Below are positions 22,809-33,155 of a stretch of 64,000 nucleotides of DNA, piece by piece. The notes below the pieces were generated by a model. The model ran no database searches and was not told the DNA's origin. It saw only the letters and a program-made list of their open reading frames with translations. Source of the DNA: Phycisphaerales bacterium (GTDB lineage: Bacteria > Planctomycetota > Phycisphaerae > Phycisphaerales > UBA1924); contig JASGKR010000001.1 of assembly GCA_047600535.1 (NCBI GenBank), forward strand, positions 2,719,638 through 2,783,637. The letters run 5' to 3'. Both the position numbers and the translations under genes were made by a program. Positions within the stretch are counted from its first letter, which is position 1. Every line of letters starts with the position of its first letter.

Positions 22809-24209
22809 GTGATCGAATCAACGGCGTTCCGCAAGGCCGCCCTCAAGAGCGAATCGGGCCGTGCGACCGCGCTGCTGGTCGTCCTTGGCCTCACGTTGAT
22901 CGCGGTCGTACCCGGAAATCTGCTGAACCACGAGGGTGATCGCACGACGCTCGTGGGCGCGTCGGGCGTGCTGTTCCTCATGGTCCTGCAGGCCATGACC
23001 ATCGTCTACACCAGGCGGCTTGAGCGCGAACAGCGGTCGATGCCGCTCGGTTACGCGGTCATTACGGTGATCGCCGAGAGCGTCGTGCCGTCGGCGATCA
23101 TCCTGATACAGGTGCTCGCCCACTCGCTGCGCCCGCACGCAGCCCTCATGACGCCGCCGCTGCTCGCATACGGCCTGCTGCTCATGCTCACGACGCTCCG
23201 CCTGCGACCGGCGCTCTGCCTGCTGGCGGGCGGCGTCTCCGCGGCGTCGTACGGCACCGTCGCACTGTTTGTATTTCTCGGGCCGGGCCGGACAGACGGC
23301 CAACCGAACCTTCCAGTCTTTGCTTACGGCGTGGTACCCGCGATGTTGGTGATGAACGGCCTCGCCGCGGCGTGGGTCTGCCGCCAAGTCCGCAGCTACG
23401 TCGAGTCGGCGGTGCACGAGGCAGAGACGCAGGCCCGTATGGACCGCATCAACCGCGACCTGGAGGCGGCGAGCGCGATCCAGCACGCGCTTCTGCCGCG
23501 TCAGGCGCCGAGCATCCGCGGCTACGACGTCGCGGGCTGGAACCGCCCCGCCGATCAGACCGGCGGCGACTACTACGACTGGCAGCGCCTGCCCGACGGC
23601 CGGTGGCTCGTCTCTCTCGCAGACGTCAGCGGTCACGGCATCGGGCCGGCGTTCGTGACTGCCGCGTGCCGGGCGTACCTGCGTGCGAGCAGCCAGTTCC
23701 ACGTCGATCTGCCGTCGCTGATCGGGCGCGTCAACGCGCTGCTCGCCGAGGACCTGCCCGAAGGCCGGTTCGTGACGCTCGCGAGCCTGCTGCTCACCCC
23801 CGACGGTGCGGCTTCCGTGCCGAGCGAGGCCGGTCTTCTCTCCGCCGGGCACGGGCCGATGCTGCTGTGGGTGCACGCCTCGGGCAAGGTCGATGACATC
23901 AACCCCGGCGACCTGCCGCTCGCTGTGCTGCCCGATACCAGCTACGGACCTGCACAGACGGTCCGCCTGGAGCCGGGCGACGTACTCGCGCTCATTACCG
24001 ACGGCTTCTTCGAATGGTCGAGCCCTCAAGGCACGCAAGGCCGGCGCGAGCAGTACGGCCTCGACCGCCTGCGTGCCTCGCTGCGAGCGCACGCTCATAA
24101 GCCCGCGTCAGAAATCGTGACGGCACTCGCCGATGACGCCACTCGTTTCGCCGCAGGCGAACCGCAACAGGACGACCTCACGGTCGTCATCGTCAAGAAA
24201 CTGCCCTAG
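22809..24209 (+). CDS. membrane-anchored PP2C-family (SpoIIE/RsbU-like) serine phosphatase
   Basis: An N-terminal multi-TM region precedes the phosphatase region GGDYYDW...SLADVSGHGIGPA...ITDGFFE. Confidence 0.75.
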   Translation: MIESTAFRKAALKSESGRATALLVVLGLTLIAVVPGNLLNHEGDRTTLVGASGVLFLMVLQAMTIVYTRRLEREQRSMPLGYAVITVIAESVVPSAIILIQVLAHSLRPHAALMTPPLLAYGLLLMLTTLRLRPALCLLAGGVSAASYGTVALFVFLGPGRTDGQPNLPVFAYGVVPAMLVMNGLAAAWVCRQVRSYVESAVHEAETQARMDRINRDLEAASAIQHALLPRQAPSIRGYDVAGWNRPADQTGGDYYDWQRLPDGRWLVSLADVSGHGIGPAFVTAACRAYLRASSQFHVDLPSLIGRVNALLAEDLPEGRFVTLASLLLTPDGAASVPSEAGLLSAGHGPMLLWVHASGKVDDINPGDLPLAVLPDTSYGPAQTVRLEPGDVLALITDGFFEWSSPQGTQGRREQYGLDRLRASLRAHAHKPASEIVTALADDATRFAAGEPQQDDLTVVIVKKLP

Positions 24210-24214
24210 TCGCA

Positions 24215-26086
24215 TCACTCGGCGCGAGTGCCGAAGAGGGCGTCCTTTTTCGCCGGCTCCTTCTTCTCTTCGGCCGGCTTGGCGTCTTCCTTCTTGGGCT
24301 CTTCCTTCTTGCGGGCCAGCATCTCCGGCGCGCACGCGAGGTTGTACGCCGTCACCGCCATGCACGTGCTCGACTGCACCAGATACTCGGGAATCGCCAG
24401 ATCGAGCTTGTCGTTCTGCGTGTGCCAGCCGTACCCGTAGTCGGCGCGGCCCACTTCGTCCCAGAAGAATCCGGGGATGCCGACACGGTTGAAGCTCGCG
24501 TGGTCGCTGCTCCCACCGCCCTGACTCGCGCCGCCCACACGCACGTTGACGTTCAGCCACTTCTGGTCCACATCGCTGTAGAACTGGTTGTTCACCGGCG
24601 CCGTCGCGGCAGCGAGATAGTCCTTCTGGTCCTCCGTGCACGGAATGCCGCCCTCGTAGTCGGTGCCGCCGTCATCGACGAAGCAGGCCGACACGCTCTT
24701 GAGCAACTCGTCCTTGTGCTTCTCGACGTACCCCTTGGAGCCCAGCAGCCCCTGCTCCTCGCCGGTCCAGTTGATGAAGCGGATCGTGCGGGCCGGCGGC
24801 TTTGCGCCGTGCTTGATCGCCGTGCTGAGGATGCGTGCCGCCTCGAGCACGACCGACGAGCCGGTGCCGTTGTCGGTGCACCCTTCGCTACCGGGCCCGT
24901 TCCACGAGTCCAAGTGCGCGGAGACGATCACGACCTCGTTGGGCTTCTCGCTCCCCTTGATCTCGGCGATCGTGTTGTACGTCGGGATCGGGCCGGCGGT
25001 GAACTGATGGTCCAGGTTCGCCTCGACTTCCACCGCCTCGCCGTCTGCGATGCGGCTGTTGGTCGCGTCGTAGTCGCTGCGACGGATGACGACCATGACG
25101 ATGTCCGGCACGTCGTCGACTTTGCGGTCCCGCCAGCCCGGCGCACTCGTCGTGCTCACGCGCTCGTCGCGGCTGCTGGAGATGAACCCGGCGACGCCGT
25201 CCATCGCCAGCCGCTGCCGCAACGGCAGTTCTTCAGCCTTCTTGCTCCCGTCCGCCAGCGACTTCTTCGCGTCGTTGAGCGCCGTGAACGTGCTCGACAT
25301 CCCTTCCTGCACGCCGCGCCGGCCCTCGGCCGGCATGGCCTTGACGAGAATCCACGCGCCCTTGAGCTTGCCGTCTTCTTTGAGCTTGGTGTATTCCTGC
25401 TCGGTCTCGGGCATCCAGATCACCGGGCCACGGACTGTCCCGCTCGTTCCCTTTGTCCACGCGAGCGTGGTGAACTGAAACTCCTTCAGCGTCGTGTACT
25501 CGGGCGGTGCGTCCGTAGCGGGCGGCTGTGTACCGCCGTTGGCTCCGCTTGTACCGCCGCCGCTTGCTCCACTCGCAGCACCTGCTCCACCACCTCCACC
25601 ACCCGCATTGTCACCGCCGCGACGCCCCCCGGCCCCCCCACCGCCTGCGGGCCGCGCGGCCCGCTTGACGACCAGCTTCGCCATGCTCGGCCCGCGATCA
25701 AACCGCGTGGTGATCTCCCCCCACTGCTCTACGTTCACGTTGCTCAGGCCCCACGCCTCATACTGCGAAGCGCACCAGCGGTTGGCCTTCTCCGCGTTGC
25801 TCGAACCCGTGAGCCGCGGCCCGATCTGCTTGGTCAGGTGGGTGATGTGCTCCATCACCTTGTTGTTCTCGCGCCCTTCCTTCAGGATGATCGCCACCGA
25901 ATCAGCGTCGCCCATCTTGATCTCGGGGACAGGCTTCTCCTCGCCGTTGATGATCGCGATCGGGGCGCCGCCAAGGGGAGCCTTGGGATGCTCAGGCTCA
26001 CCAGCCCAGGCGATGCTCGCCATTCCGCCCGCCGCCAACGCCAACGCCCCGCACGCCCCACTCACGCACCGAAGAAGACCGCTCAT
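24215..26086 (-). CDS. secreted M28-family zinc aminopeptidase with Gly-rich insert and Lys/Glu-rich C-terminal tail
   Basis: A signal peptide is present. Metal-site motifs are SAHLDSWNGPGSEGCTDNGTGSSVVLEAARIL and FINWTGEEQGLLGSKGY. The tail is EEPKKEDAKPAEEKKEPAKK. Confidence 0.75.
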   Translation of the reverse strand: MSGLLRCVSGACGALALAAGGMASIAWAGEPEHPKAPLGGAPIAIINGEEKPVPEIKMGDADSVAIILKEGRENNKVMEHITHLTKQIGPRLTGSSNAEKANRWCASQYEAWGLSNVNVEQWGEITTRFDRGPSMAKLVVKRAARPAGGGGAGGRRGGDNAGGGGGGAGAASGASGGGTSGANGGTQPPATDAPPEYTTLKEFQFTTLAWTKGTSGTVRGPVIWMPETEQEYTKLKEDGKLKGAWILVKAMPAEGRRGVQEGMSSTFTALNDAKKSLADGSKKAEELPLRQRLAMDGVAGFISSSRDERVSTTSAPGWRDRKVDDVPDIVMVVIRRSDYDATNSRIADGEAVEVEANLDHQFTAGPIPTYNTIAEIKGSEKPNEVVIVSAHLDSWNGPGSEGCTDNGTGSSVVLEAARILSTAIKHGAKPPARTIRFINWTGEEQGLLGSKGYVEKHKDELLKSVSACFVDDGGTDYEGGIPCTEDQKDYLAAATAPVNNQFYSDVDQKWLNVNVRVGGASQGGGSSDHASFNRVGIPGFFWDEVGRADYGYGWHTQNDKLDLAIPEYLVQSSTCMAVTAYNLACAPEMLARKKEEPKKEDAKPAEEKKEPAKKDALFGTRAE

Positions 26087-26141
26087 GCTGTAGCTCCGGG
26101 ATCATCCGCGCCGCCAAGAACCGGCCGCGCATCCCTTCATG

Positions 26142-26798
26142 CTACCAGCGTTCCAGCTCGCTTGCAGCGTGAAAAAGCACCCATGCACTGCGCTTGTCCG
26201 GACGCCCAAGGCCCCCCCCCACTTGGCAGTTGTGGAGCAGCGTTTCGGCGTAGACCCGCGCCTCGGGCCCCAATCCCGGCCCCCAGACGCCCGGCCCTGA
26301 CGCCATCACCCACACGTGTGCCGACCAGGGCATGTTGGTGGCGTTGTCCGGCTGCAGATTCTCCAGCAGCCAGCGGCACGCCGAATACCCACGCCTCAGC
26401 CACCGGACGCGCTGATCCTCATCCGCCGCCCGCGCTCGCGACCACAACGCGTGCAGTCCGCAAAGCTCACGCTCCCCCCACTCCTCCATTCCCACATGCG
26501 GCTTATCCGAGGCTTGGTTCGTCCAGTCGCCCAGCAATGGCCGCCCCTCACCACCGGTATCAGGCAGCACGACCGCATCCACTGGTGCGTTCCCCCACAG
26601 CTTCACATCACCGCGAGCTGACGCAGGAGCCGTCCACACCGTGCTGCGGAGAGCGGCGAACAGGCCTTCGTCGACCTCCAGCTTGTTCCGCCTCTCATCA
26701 CGGAACGTCCCCGGCGCGGGGATCGCAGGCGCTTTCCCCAGCGTCGTCTCCGCCGCGGCACGCAACCGCTTCACCCACAAGGCACGGTCGTCGGTCAT
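26142..26798 (-). CDS. hypothetical protein
   Basis: The 218-aa ORF has good coding-like composition. It is divergent from panC. Confidence 0.4.
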   Translation of the reverse strand: MTDDRALWVKRLRAAAETTLGKAPAIPAPGTFRDERRNKLEVDEGLFAALRSTVWTAPASARGDVKLWGNAPVDAVVLPDTGGEGRPLLGDWTNQASDKPHVGMEEWGERELCGLHALWSRARAADEDQRVRWLRRGYSACRWLLENLQPDNATNMPWSAHVWVMASGPGVWGPGLGPEARVYAETLLHNCQVGGGLGRPDKRSAWVLFHAASELERW

Positions 26799-26820
26799 CG
26801 CCGAACCCTACGCTCGGCGC

Positions 26821-27693
26821 GTGAAGGTGATCACCAACCCCGCCGACCTCGCCCCTTTCCGCGGCTGCACCTTCGTCCCCACGATGGGGGCACTTCACGA
26901 AGGGCACGCCACGCTCATCCGTCGAGAGAATCACGGCTACGTGATGGGAGTCCACACCGACCCCCGTACCGGAAAGGCGATCGACCGCCCGCTCCACGAC
27001 ACCGTTGTCGTCTCCATCTTTGTCAACCCCACGCAGTTCAACGACCCCGCTGATCTCGCTCGTTATCCGCGCACTCTTGAAGCCGACCTCGCTGTCTGCG
27101 AAGCGGCTGGCGCAGACGCCGTTTTCGTTCCCGAGGTGGAAACAATCTACCCCCGCGGCCTCCGTCTCCCGGTGCCGCCGCTCCCCGCCGCCGCGACCGA
27201 GCCGAAACTCGAGGACGCCCTCCGACCCGGCCACTTCGCGGGCGTCTGCCAAGTGGTCGCTCGCCTTTTCGACTTGGTAAAGCCCTACAACGCCGTCTTC
27301 GGTGAAAAGGACTACCAGCAGCTCGCCGTCATCAACGCAATGACCGACGCGCTCCGCCTCCCCGTCTTCATCCTTCCGATAGAGACCGTCCGCGAGCCCG
27401 ACGGACTCGCGATGAGCAGCCGCAACCGCTTCATCCCGCCGGACAAGCGCTCCCAGGCCGCCGCCATCAGTAGAGCCCTCTGCGAAGCCAGCGCCCCCGC
27501 CAACACCACCCCCGCAAAGGCCGAAGCCGCGATGCGCCACATCCTCCTCGAAGCGGGCTTCGCCGAGTCCGACATCCAATACGCCGTTGTCCGCGATGCC
27601 GTAACGCTGACGCCCACGACCATTGGCCCGTGCCGCTCGCTCATCGCCGTCAAGCTCGGCCCCGTCCGTCTGATCGACAACGCGCCGTGGTGA
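26821..27693 (+). CDS. panC: pantoate--beta-alanine ligase
   Basis: The HIGH-type motif PTMGALHEGH is present, with a GTG start at VKVITNP. A C-terminal pantothenate synthetase region is also present. Confidence 0.85.
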   Translation: MKVITNPADLAPFRGCTFVPTMGALHEGHATLIRRENHGYVMGVHTDPRTGKAIDRPLHDTVVVSIFVNPTQFNDPADLARYPRTLEADLAVCEAAGADAVFVPEVETIYPRGLRLPVPPLPAAATEPKLEDALRPGHFAGVCQVVARLFDLVKPYNAVFGEKDYQQLAVINAMTDALRLPVFILPIETVREPDGLAMSSRNRFIPPDKRSQAAAISRALCEASAPANTTPAKAEAAMRHILLEAGFAESDIQYAVVRDAVTLTPTTIGPCRSLIAVKLGPVRLIDNAPW

Positions 27694-27823
27694 CGCGTTC
27701 GCCCCTACCCAACTTCCCCCGCCGCCCACTCCGCGCCTCCGCGTTCTTGCCCTCTTTGAGCCCTTCGAGCCCTTCTTCCCCCGTCGAGTTCCCGCCTTCT
27801 TTTCAAGTTCCTATCCTCGCCCG

Positions 27824-29008
27824 ATGAACAAGACCCCCCTCCACGACTTCCACAACAAGTACGGCGCGAACATGGTCCCCTACGCGGGGTGGGAGATGCC
27901 GCTGTTCTATAAGCTGCCGGGTCTTGGCATCACCGGCGAGCACATCCAGTGCCGCACCAGCGGCGGGTTCTTCGACGTCTCGCACATGGGCCGCCTCAAG
28001 GTCAACGGCCGCCAGGCCGGCAAGTTCCTCGAGCGCGTGTGTACGCGGCGCATCCGCGACATGAAGCAGGGCCAGTGCCGCTACTCGCTGGTCTGCAACC
28101 CCCAGGGCGGCATCCACGACGACGTGATCGTCTACCGCATGGACGAGGACGACTTCCTCGTCGTCGTCAACGCCGCCAACCGCGAAAAGATCATCGCCCA
28201 CTTCGCGGCCGTCAAGACCGCCGAGAACTTCATCGTCAACGTCGAGGACAACACGCTCAAGACCGCGATGGTCGCCGTGCAGGGCCCCAAGGTCATCGAC
28301 TTCATCAGCAAGGTCAGCCGCGAGATCCCCACGCTCAAGCGCTACACCTTCACCGTCAAGAACCTGCTGATCGCCAAGCTCGTCGTCAGCCGCACCGGCT
28401 ACACCGGCGAAGACGGCGTCGAGGTCATCCTCCCCGCGGGCATGGTCGGCATGGCCATGAGCATGCTGATGAAGGACATCGACCCCAGCAAGGAGGGCGC
28501 GCTCGTCCGCCCCTGCGGCCTCGGCGCCCGCGACACGCTCCGCCTCGAAGCGTCGATGCCCCTCTACGGCCACGAGCTCGGCGAAGAGACCAACGCCCTC
28601 GGCACCACGCTCGACTTCGCGATCGCCCTCGACAAGGACGCCGACGCGAATCCGGTGAGCTTCATCGGCCAGGACGCCCTCAAGAAGACCCGCGACAACG
28701 GCGGCCCCGCCCAGAAGCTCGTCGGCATCATCTGCGAAGGCAAACGCTCGCCGCGCCAGGGCATGAAGGTCTTCATCGATGGCAAAGAGGTCGGCACCGT
28801 CACCAGCGGCGCCCCCTCCCCCACCCTCGGCACACCGATCGCGATGGCCTACGTCCCATCGTCAATGACCGCCGAGGGCACAAGCGTCGGCATCGATACA
28901 GGCAAGGGGGATGGAGAGAAGATCCCCGGCCGCATCGTCAAGATGCCGTTCTACAAAGCCCCCAAGCCGCAGACGACTCCGGCCGCCACCGCAACGGCAA
29001 AGGCCTGA
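27824..29008 (+). CDS. gcvT: glycine cleavage system aminomethyltransferase T
   Basis: The N-terminus is LHDFHNKYGANMVPYAGWEMPLFYK. The GcvT folate-binding domain RTGYTGEDGVEVILP is present. Confidence 0.9.
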   Translation: MNKTPLHDFHNKYGANMVPYAGWEMPLFYKLPGLGITGEHIQCRTSGGFFDVSHMGRLKVNGRQAGKFLERVCTRRIRDMKQGQCRYSLVCNPQGGIHDDVIVYRMDEDDFLVVVNAANREKIIAHFAAVKTAENFIVNVEDNTLKTAMVAVQGPKVIDFISKVSREIPTLKRYTFTVKNLLIAKLVVSRTGYTGEDGVEVILPAGMVGMAMSMLMKDIDPSKEGALVRPCGLGARDTLRLEASMPLYGHELGEETNALGTTLDFAIALDKDADANPVSFIGQDALKKTRDNGGPAQKLVGIICEGKRSPRQGMKVFIDGKEVGTVTSGAPSPTLGTPIAMAYVPSSMTAEGTSVGIDTGKGDGEKIPGRIVKMPFYKAPKPQTTPAATATAKA

Positions 29009-29042
29009 GAGCGATCAATATTCTTTGTTGTTGAACGCCGCA

Positions 29043-29070
29043 AACAGCCGCTTCACGCGGCTGTTTTCCT
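29043..29070 (+). terminator. rho-independent terminator after gcvT
   Basis: The hairpin is aacagccgc-ttcac-gcggctgtt followed by ttcc/tt. Confidence 0.6.
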
Positions 29071-29200
29071 TGGCCTCGATAGCTCCGGGCGCAGCGGCTT
29101 CCAGCAGCCAAACGCGCACTGGCCCCGAGCTTTTCATATCCATCTCTTTCTCATCACAAAGCGCCCGCGCGTCGCACATCAACAGATACCCTCACTCACC

Positions 29201-29530
29201 ATGCCCTGGCTCATCCTCCTCATCGCCGGCCTCCTCGAAGTCACCTGGGCCATCGGCCTCAAGTACACCAACGGCTTCAAGAACCTCTGGCCTTCGGTCA
29301 TCACCGTCGTCGCGCTCGTCGCCAGCGTCTACCTGCTCGCCGTCGCGGCCAAGTCGATCCCTATCGGCACTGCCTACGCCGTGTGGACCGGCATCGGCGC
29401 CCTGGGCGCGGTGATCCTCGGCATCGTGCTCTTTAAAGAGCCAGCCACCGCGCTCCGCATCCTCTTCCTCTGCACGCTGCTCGGCTCGATCGTCGGACTG
29501 AAGCTCACGGCGTCTCCGACGCAGCCGTAG
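29201..29530 (+). CDS. gdx: SMR-family guanidinium exporter (Gdx/SugE)
   Basis: MPWLILLIAGLLEVTWAIGLKYTNGF...GTAYAVWTGIGALGAVILGIVLF is near-identical in pattern to SugE/Gdx. It has 4 TM helices and the conserved Glu in TM1. Confidence 0.85.
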   Translation: MPWLILLIAGLLEVTWAIGLKYTNGFKNLWPSVITVVALVASVYLLAVAAKSIPIGTAYAVWTGIGALGAVILGIVLFKEPATALRILFLCTLLGSIVGLKLTASPTQP

Positions 29531-29962
29531 CACAGACGCGGCGCACGGAGCCGCCAACCGGAAGAGAAGAGAAGGGCGCGCGTCTTCGCCCGGAGGGCGC
29601 CACGCCGTTTGCCACGAGTGACCGCAGTCGAGCGCAGCGAGACAAGGGAACCCGTGGACGGCAAACCGACATCCACCTCTTCTCTTCCTTTGTCTCCCGG
29701 CCCGGCAGGGCCGACGTGAGTGCTCGCCAGCCCTACCGGGCTGAAGATAAAGAGAATAACCCGGTACCACGGGTTCCCTCACTTCGTTCAGTCACCCGTG
29801 GCAAACAACGCATGCCCTCCGGACGAAAGACAACGGCTCTCTCGCTCGCTATGCCTCGACACGTGGGGGCTCAGATGCTCCGAGCTACGTGAAGCGGGGC
29901 CGCCCCCACGTCATCCCCAAATCGCCTTTGCCATGGCGTCGTTCCTGTAAACTCAGCGCACG

Positions 29963-30556
29963 GTGAAGAAGCCCCGCTCATCACTCAAGATCGGCCGCAA
30001 GCGCCGAGCCGCGGGCTGGACGCTGCTCGCCCTCGGCCTGTTCGTGGCGGGTGTGTGGGTAGCAAGCGGGCGGTGGATGTTCTGCGTGAAGCTTGCGGAC
30101 CCATATCGGTATTACACGCTGAACGGAGGTCATGCCGAGATGCGAAGCTGGCGCGACACGCTTGGATGGCGCGAAGAGATGGACCATCCATGGAAAATCA
30201 TCGCGTTCAGCCGCGGCCGTTTTGATCTCGCCTGGAAGGCGAGCAGAGAATCGGATGCGAACAACTACGCCTTGGAGCCGGGTGCATGCACGTATGTCGA
30301 CCTGTCCGTGCTCACGTACTTCAACACAAAGGGCGCCCCGCCGAGCAGAGGAATCTGGCGAGTGACTCCGTGGCCTCTCCCTCTCTTCCTCTGGATTCTC
30401 GCCGCGCTGCTGCTCCGCTCTGGCATCCTCGCGCATCGGAGAGCCATGACAGGCAACTGCACCAAGTGCGGCTACTCGCTCACGGGTCTTGCAACAGAGA
30501 CTGCATGCCCAGAGTGTGGAGCCAACCACGAACGCCGGCCCACGCCGAGCACCTGA
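29963..30556 (+). CDS. hypothetical membrane protein with C-terminal zinc-ribbon (CTKCGYSL...CPECG)
   Basis: There is an N-terminal TM segment. The C-terminal CxxC-x15-CxxC motif is present. Confidence 0.5.
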   Translation: MKKPRSSLKIGRKRRAAGWTLLALGLFVAGVWVASGRWMFCVKLADPYRYYTLNGGHAEMRSWRDTLGWREEMDHPWKIIAFSRGRFDLAWKASRESDANNYALEPGACTYVDLSVLTYFNTKGAPPSRGIWRVTPWPLPLFLWILAALLLRSGILAHRRAMTGNCTKCGYSLTGLATETACPECGANHERRPTPST

Positions 30557-30980
30557 AACAAGTGACTTACAACCCTAACGCCGTAAGGATCGAACGGGCT
30601 CCGCACGCCTCCAGCACCCCAAAATCGCCTGTTTTCAAGGGTTATCCACATCCCCCGTTCGTCAGTAAATCCTCACGTTGACGCCAAAAACACGTCGTGG
30701 TATATATATCGCCATGATTCGGAGCGACTACATCGTTCTGGCTCACTCGCAGCTCAACGGCAACAACGCCCGCTCGGTCCGCCTTTCCCGGACCGGCCAG
30801 CCGACATGAGAAGCAGCTCTGTGCGCACGCACAGGGCGCCGTGTCGCCGTCACGTCCCGCTCTCCCGAGCCCGCGTGACCCAACCCCTCTAACTCAATAA
30901 CCAACCGGCTTCCCGCGCGAGCTCTCCGTTTGCGCTCCACAAGCCCTCCTCTTACGCACCCCCTCACACAAGGGACACGC

Positions 30981-33020
30981 ATGTACCTCGTCCTCGCCAT
31001 CCTCGCCGTACCTCTCGCCCTCCTCCTCATGTTCTGGCTCATGGGCTTCAGGTACGTCCCCAACAACCGCGTCGGCATCATCGAAAAACGCTTCTCAGGC
31101 AAAGGCTCAGTCCGTGGCGGCTTCATCGCACTCCACGGTGAGGCCGGTTTCCAGCCGCGCATCCTCCGCGGCGGTCTGCACTGGCTCATGCCGTTCCAAT
31201 ACATCGTTCACCGCGTCCACCTTGTCACCATCCCGCAGGGCAAGCTCGGCTACGTCTTCGCCCGCGACGGCCGCCCGCTCGAACCACGCCAATCGCTCGG
31301 TTCAAACATCGCCGCCAACAGCTTTGAAGACGTCGAGGCCTTCCTCGCCGCCGGCGGTCAGCGTGGCCCGCAGCGCCAGATCCTGCGCGAAGGCACCTAC
31401 GCCATCAACCTCGCTCAGTTCGTCGTCATCACCGAGCAGCAGCTCTACTTCCTGCGCCTCGACCGCGACGACCTCGCCACCTTTGGCGAGATGACCAAGG
31501 TCGTCCGCCACCGCGGCGGCTTCGAGCCCATCGTGATCAAGGACGGCCAAGACCTGATCGGCGTCGTCACCGTCCACGACGGACCATCGCTCGACGACGG
31601 CCAGATCATCGCCCCCGTCGTAGGTGCAGGAGGTGGTGAGGCCGGCACGACGCACAGCAACTTCCAGGACCCCGAGGCGTTCCTCGCCGCCGGTGGCCGC
31701 CGCGGCCGCCAGTTGCAGGTGCTCGTCGAAGGCACGTACTACATCAACCGCCTCTTTGCCACCGTCGAGTTTGAGCCCAAGACGATCATCGACGTCGGCA
31801 ACGTCGGCGTGGTGATCTCCTACATCGGCGTCCGCGGCGAAGACCTCAGCGGCGCCGACTACTCGCACGGCGAGCTGGTCGAAGTCGGCCAGCGCGGCGT
31901 GTGGAAGGACGCCCTCCTCCCCGGCAAGTACGCGTTCAACACCTACGCCGGCAAGGTCGTGGTCGTCCCCACCACCAACTTCATGCTCAAGTGGATCCGC
32001 AGCGAAGTCGGCGAGCACAACTTCGATCAGAACTTGTCAGAGGTGTCGCTCATCACCAAGGACGCCTTCGAGCCCAGCCTGCCGCTGAGCGTGGTCGTGC
32101 ACATCGACTACCGCAAGGCCCCGCTGGTCATCCAGCGCTTCGGCGACATCCGCCGACTGGTCGAGCAGACCCTCGACCCGATGGTCGCCGCCTACTTCAA
32201 GAACGTCGCCCAGAACCGTACGCTCATCCAGCTCCTGCAGGACCGCGCGGAGATCCAGTCCCACGCCGCGGCGGAGATGCGCACCAAGTTCTCCCACTAC
32301 AACCTCGAGCTCGAGGAGGTGCTGATCGGCACGCCTAAGAGTCCGACCAACGGCAACGGGCGTCTGGAGCAGATCCTCGAACAGCTCCGCCTTCGCCAGA
32401 TCGCGCAGGAGCAGATCGAGACCTACGCCCAGCAGGAAAAGGCCGCGACGCAGGAGCGCGAGCTCCGGCAGGCCGAGGCCTTCGCCGCCCAGCAGACCAA
32501 GCTCACCGAGAGCGAGCTGGCGATCACCGTGCAGACCAACCAGGGCAAGGCCGAATACCAGCGTGCCCTGCAGCAGGCCTCGCAGATCAAGGCGATGGCC
32601 GAGGCAGACGCCAACCGCGTCCGCGTGATGGCCGAGGCGGAAGCGGAACGTAACGCGCGAGTCGGCGTCGCCCAGGCGATCGCCGTCGAGGAGCAGGTCC
32701 GCGCCTACGGCGGCCCCGTGTATCAGCTCACCCAGAGCGTGCTGAATCGCTTCGCCGAGGCGATTCAGACATCCAAAGTCGACGTTGTTCCGAAGATCGT
32801 GATCTCCAACGGCAACGGTGGAAACGGCGGCGCGAACGGAACCGGCGGCGCCGCCAACAACGGTGGCGGCGGCGGTGGCGCCAACGGCAACATCATGGAA
32901 GCCCTGCTCACCATGATGCTCTCCGAGAAGATGCTCTCGCTCACCAGCGATGCCTCGCGCAATCCGCCGCGACCGGAAGTCGAGAAGCTCCGTGCGGAGA
33001 TCACCGCGCGAACCAACTGA
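30981..33020 (+). CDS. SPFH/band-7 (flotillin-like) domain protein with long coiled coil and Gly/Asn-rich C-terminal region
   Basis: An N-terminal TM helix is followed by the band-7 core (RVGIIEKRF...). The coiled coil is Q/E/A-rich. The low-complexity region is NGNGGNGGANGTGGAANNGGGGGGANGN. Confidence 0.75.
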   Translation: MYLVLAILAVPLALLLMFWLMGFRYVPNNRVGIIEKRFSGKGSVRGGFIALHGEAGFQPRILRGGLHWLMPFQYIVHRVHLVTIPQGKLGYVFARDGRPLEPRQSLGSNIAANSFEDVEAFLAAGGQRGPQRQILREGTYAINLAQFVVITEQQLYFLRLDRDDLATFGEMTKVVRHRGGFEPIVIKDGQDLIGVVTVHDGPSLDDGQIIAPVVGAGGGEAGTTHSNFQDPEAFLAAGGRRGRQLQVLVEGTYYINRLFATVEFEPKTIIDVGNVGVVISYIGVRGEDLSGADYSHGELVEVGQRGVWKDALLPGKYAFNTYAGKVVVVPTTNFMLKWIRSEVGEHNFDQNLSEVSLITKDAFEPSLPLSVVVHIDYRKAPLVIQRFGDIRRLVEQTLDPMVAAYFKNVAQNRTLIQLLQDRAEIQSHAAAEMRTKFSHYNLELEEVLIGTPKSPTNGNGRLEQILEQLRLRQIAQEQIETYAQQEKAATQERELRQAEAFAAQQTKLTESELAITVQTNQGKAEYQRALQQASQIKAMAEADANRVRVMAEAEAERNARVGVAQAIAVEEQVRAYGGPVYQLTQSVLNRFAEAIQTSKVDVVPKIVISNGNGGNGGANGTGGAANNGGGGGGANGNIMEALLTMMLSEKMLSLTSDASRNPPRPEVEKLRAEITARTN

Positions 33021-33059
33021 TGCGGGCTGTTTGAGTCGGTAAGTGATCGAAGGGGGGAC

Positions 33060-33116
33060 GCGGCGGGTAAGGCTCACGAGGGGGTGAGCCCACTACCCGC
33101 CGCTTTCCTTTTCTCC
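33060..33116. terminator. nested-hairpin bidirectional terminator between convergent genes
   Basis: The outer stem gcggcgggta/tacccgccgc encloses the inner stem ggctcac-gaggggg-gtgagcc. tttccttttctcc follows. Confidence 0.6.
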
Positions 33117-33155
33117 TCTTCCTTCGATTGACCGCCCCAGCGAAGCAATGGCTTT

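Noticed and set aside
24422-26824. 800-aa plus-strand ORF spanning the peptidase region
   Set aside because: It is an Arg/Pro/Ala-rich artefact. The minus-strand M28 peptidase has catalytic motifs.
26698-27729. 343-aa minus-strand ORF opposite panC
   Set aside because: It is antisense to a gene with the HIGH motif. The composition is Gly/Asp-rich and artefactual.
29010-29200. Guanidine-II (mini-ykkC) riboswitch upstream of gdx
   Set aside because: The required pair of ACGR-loop hairpins is absent. The only strong hairpin is the gcvT terminator.
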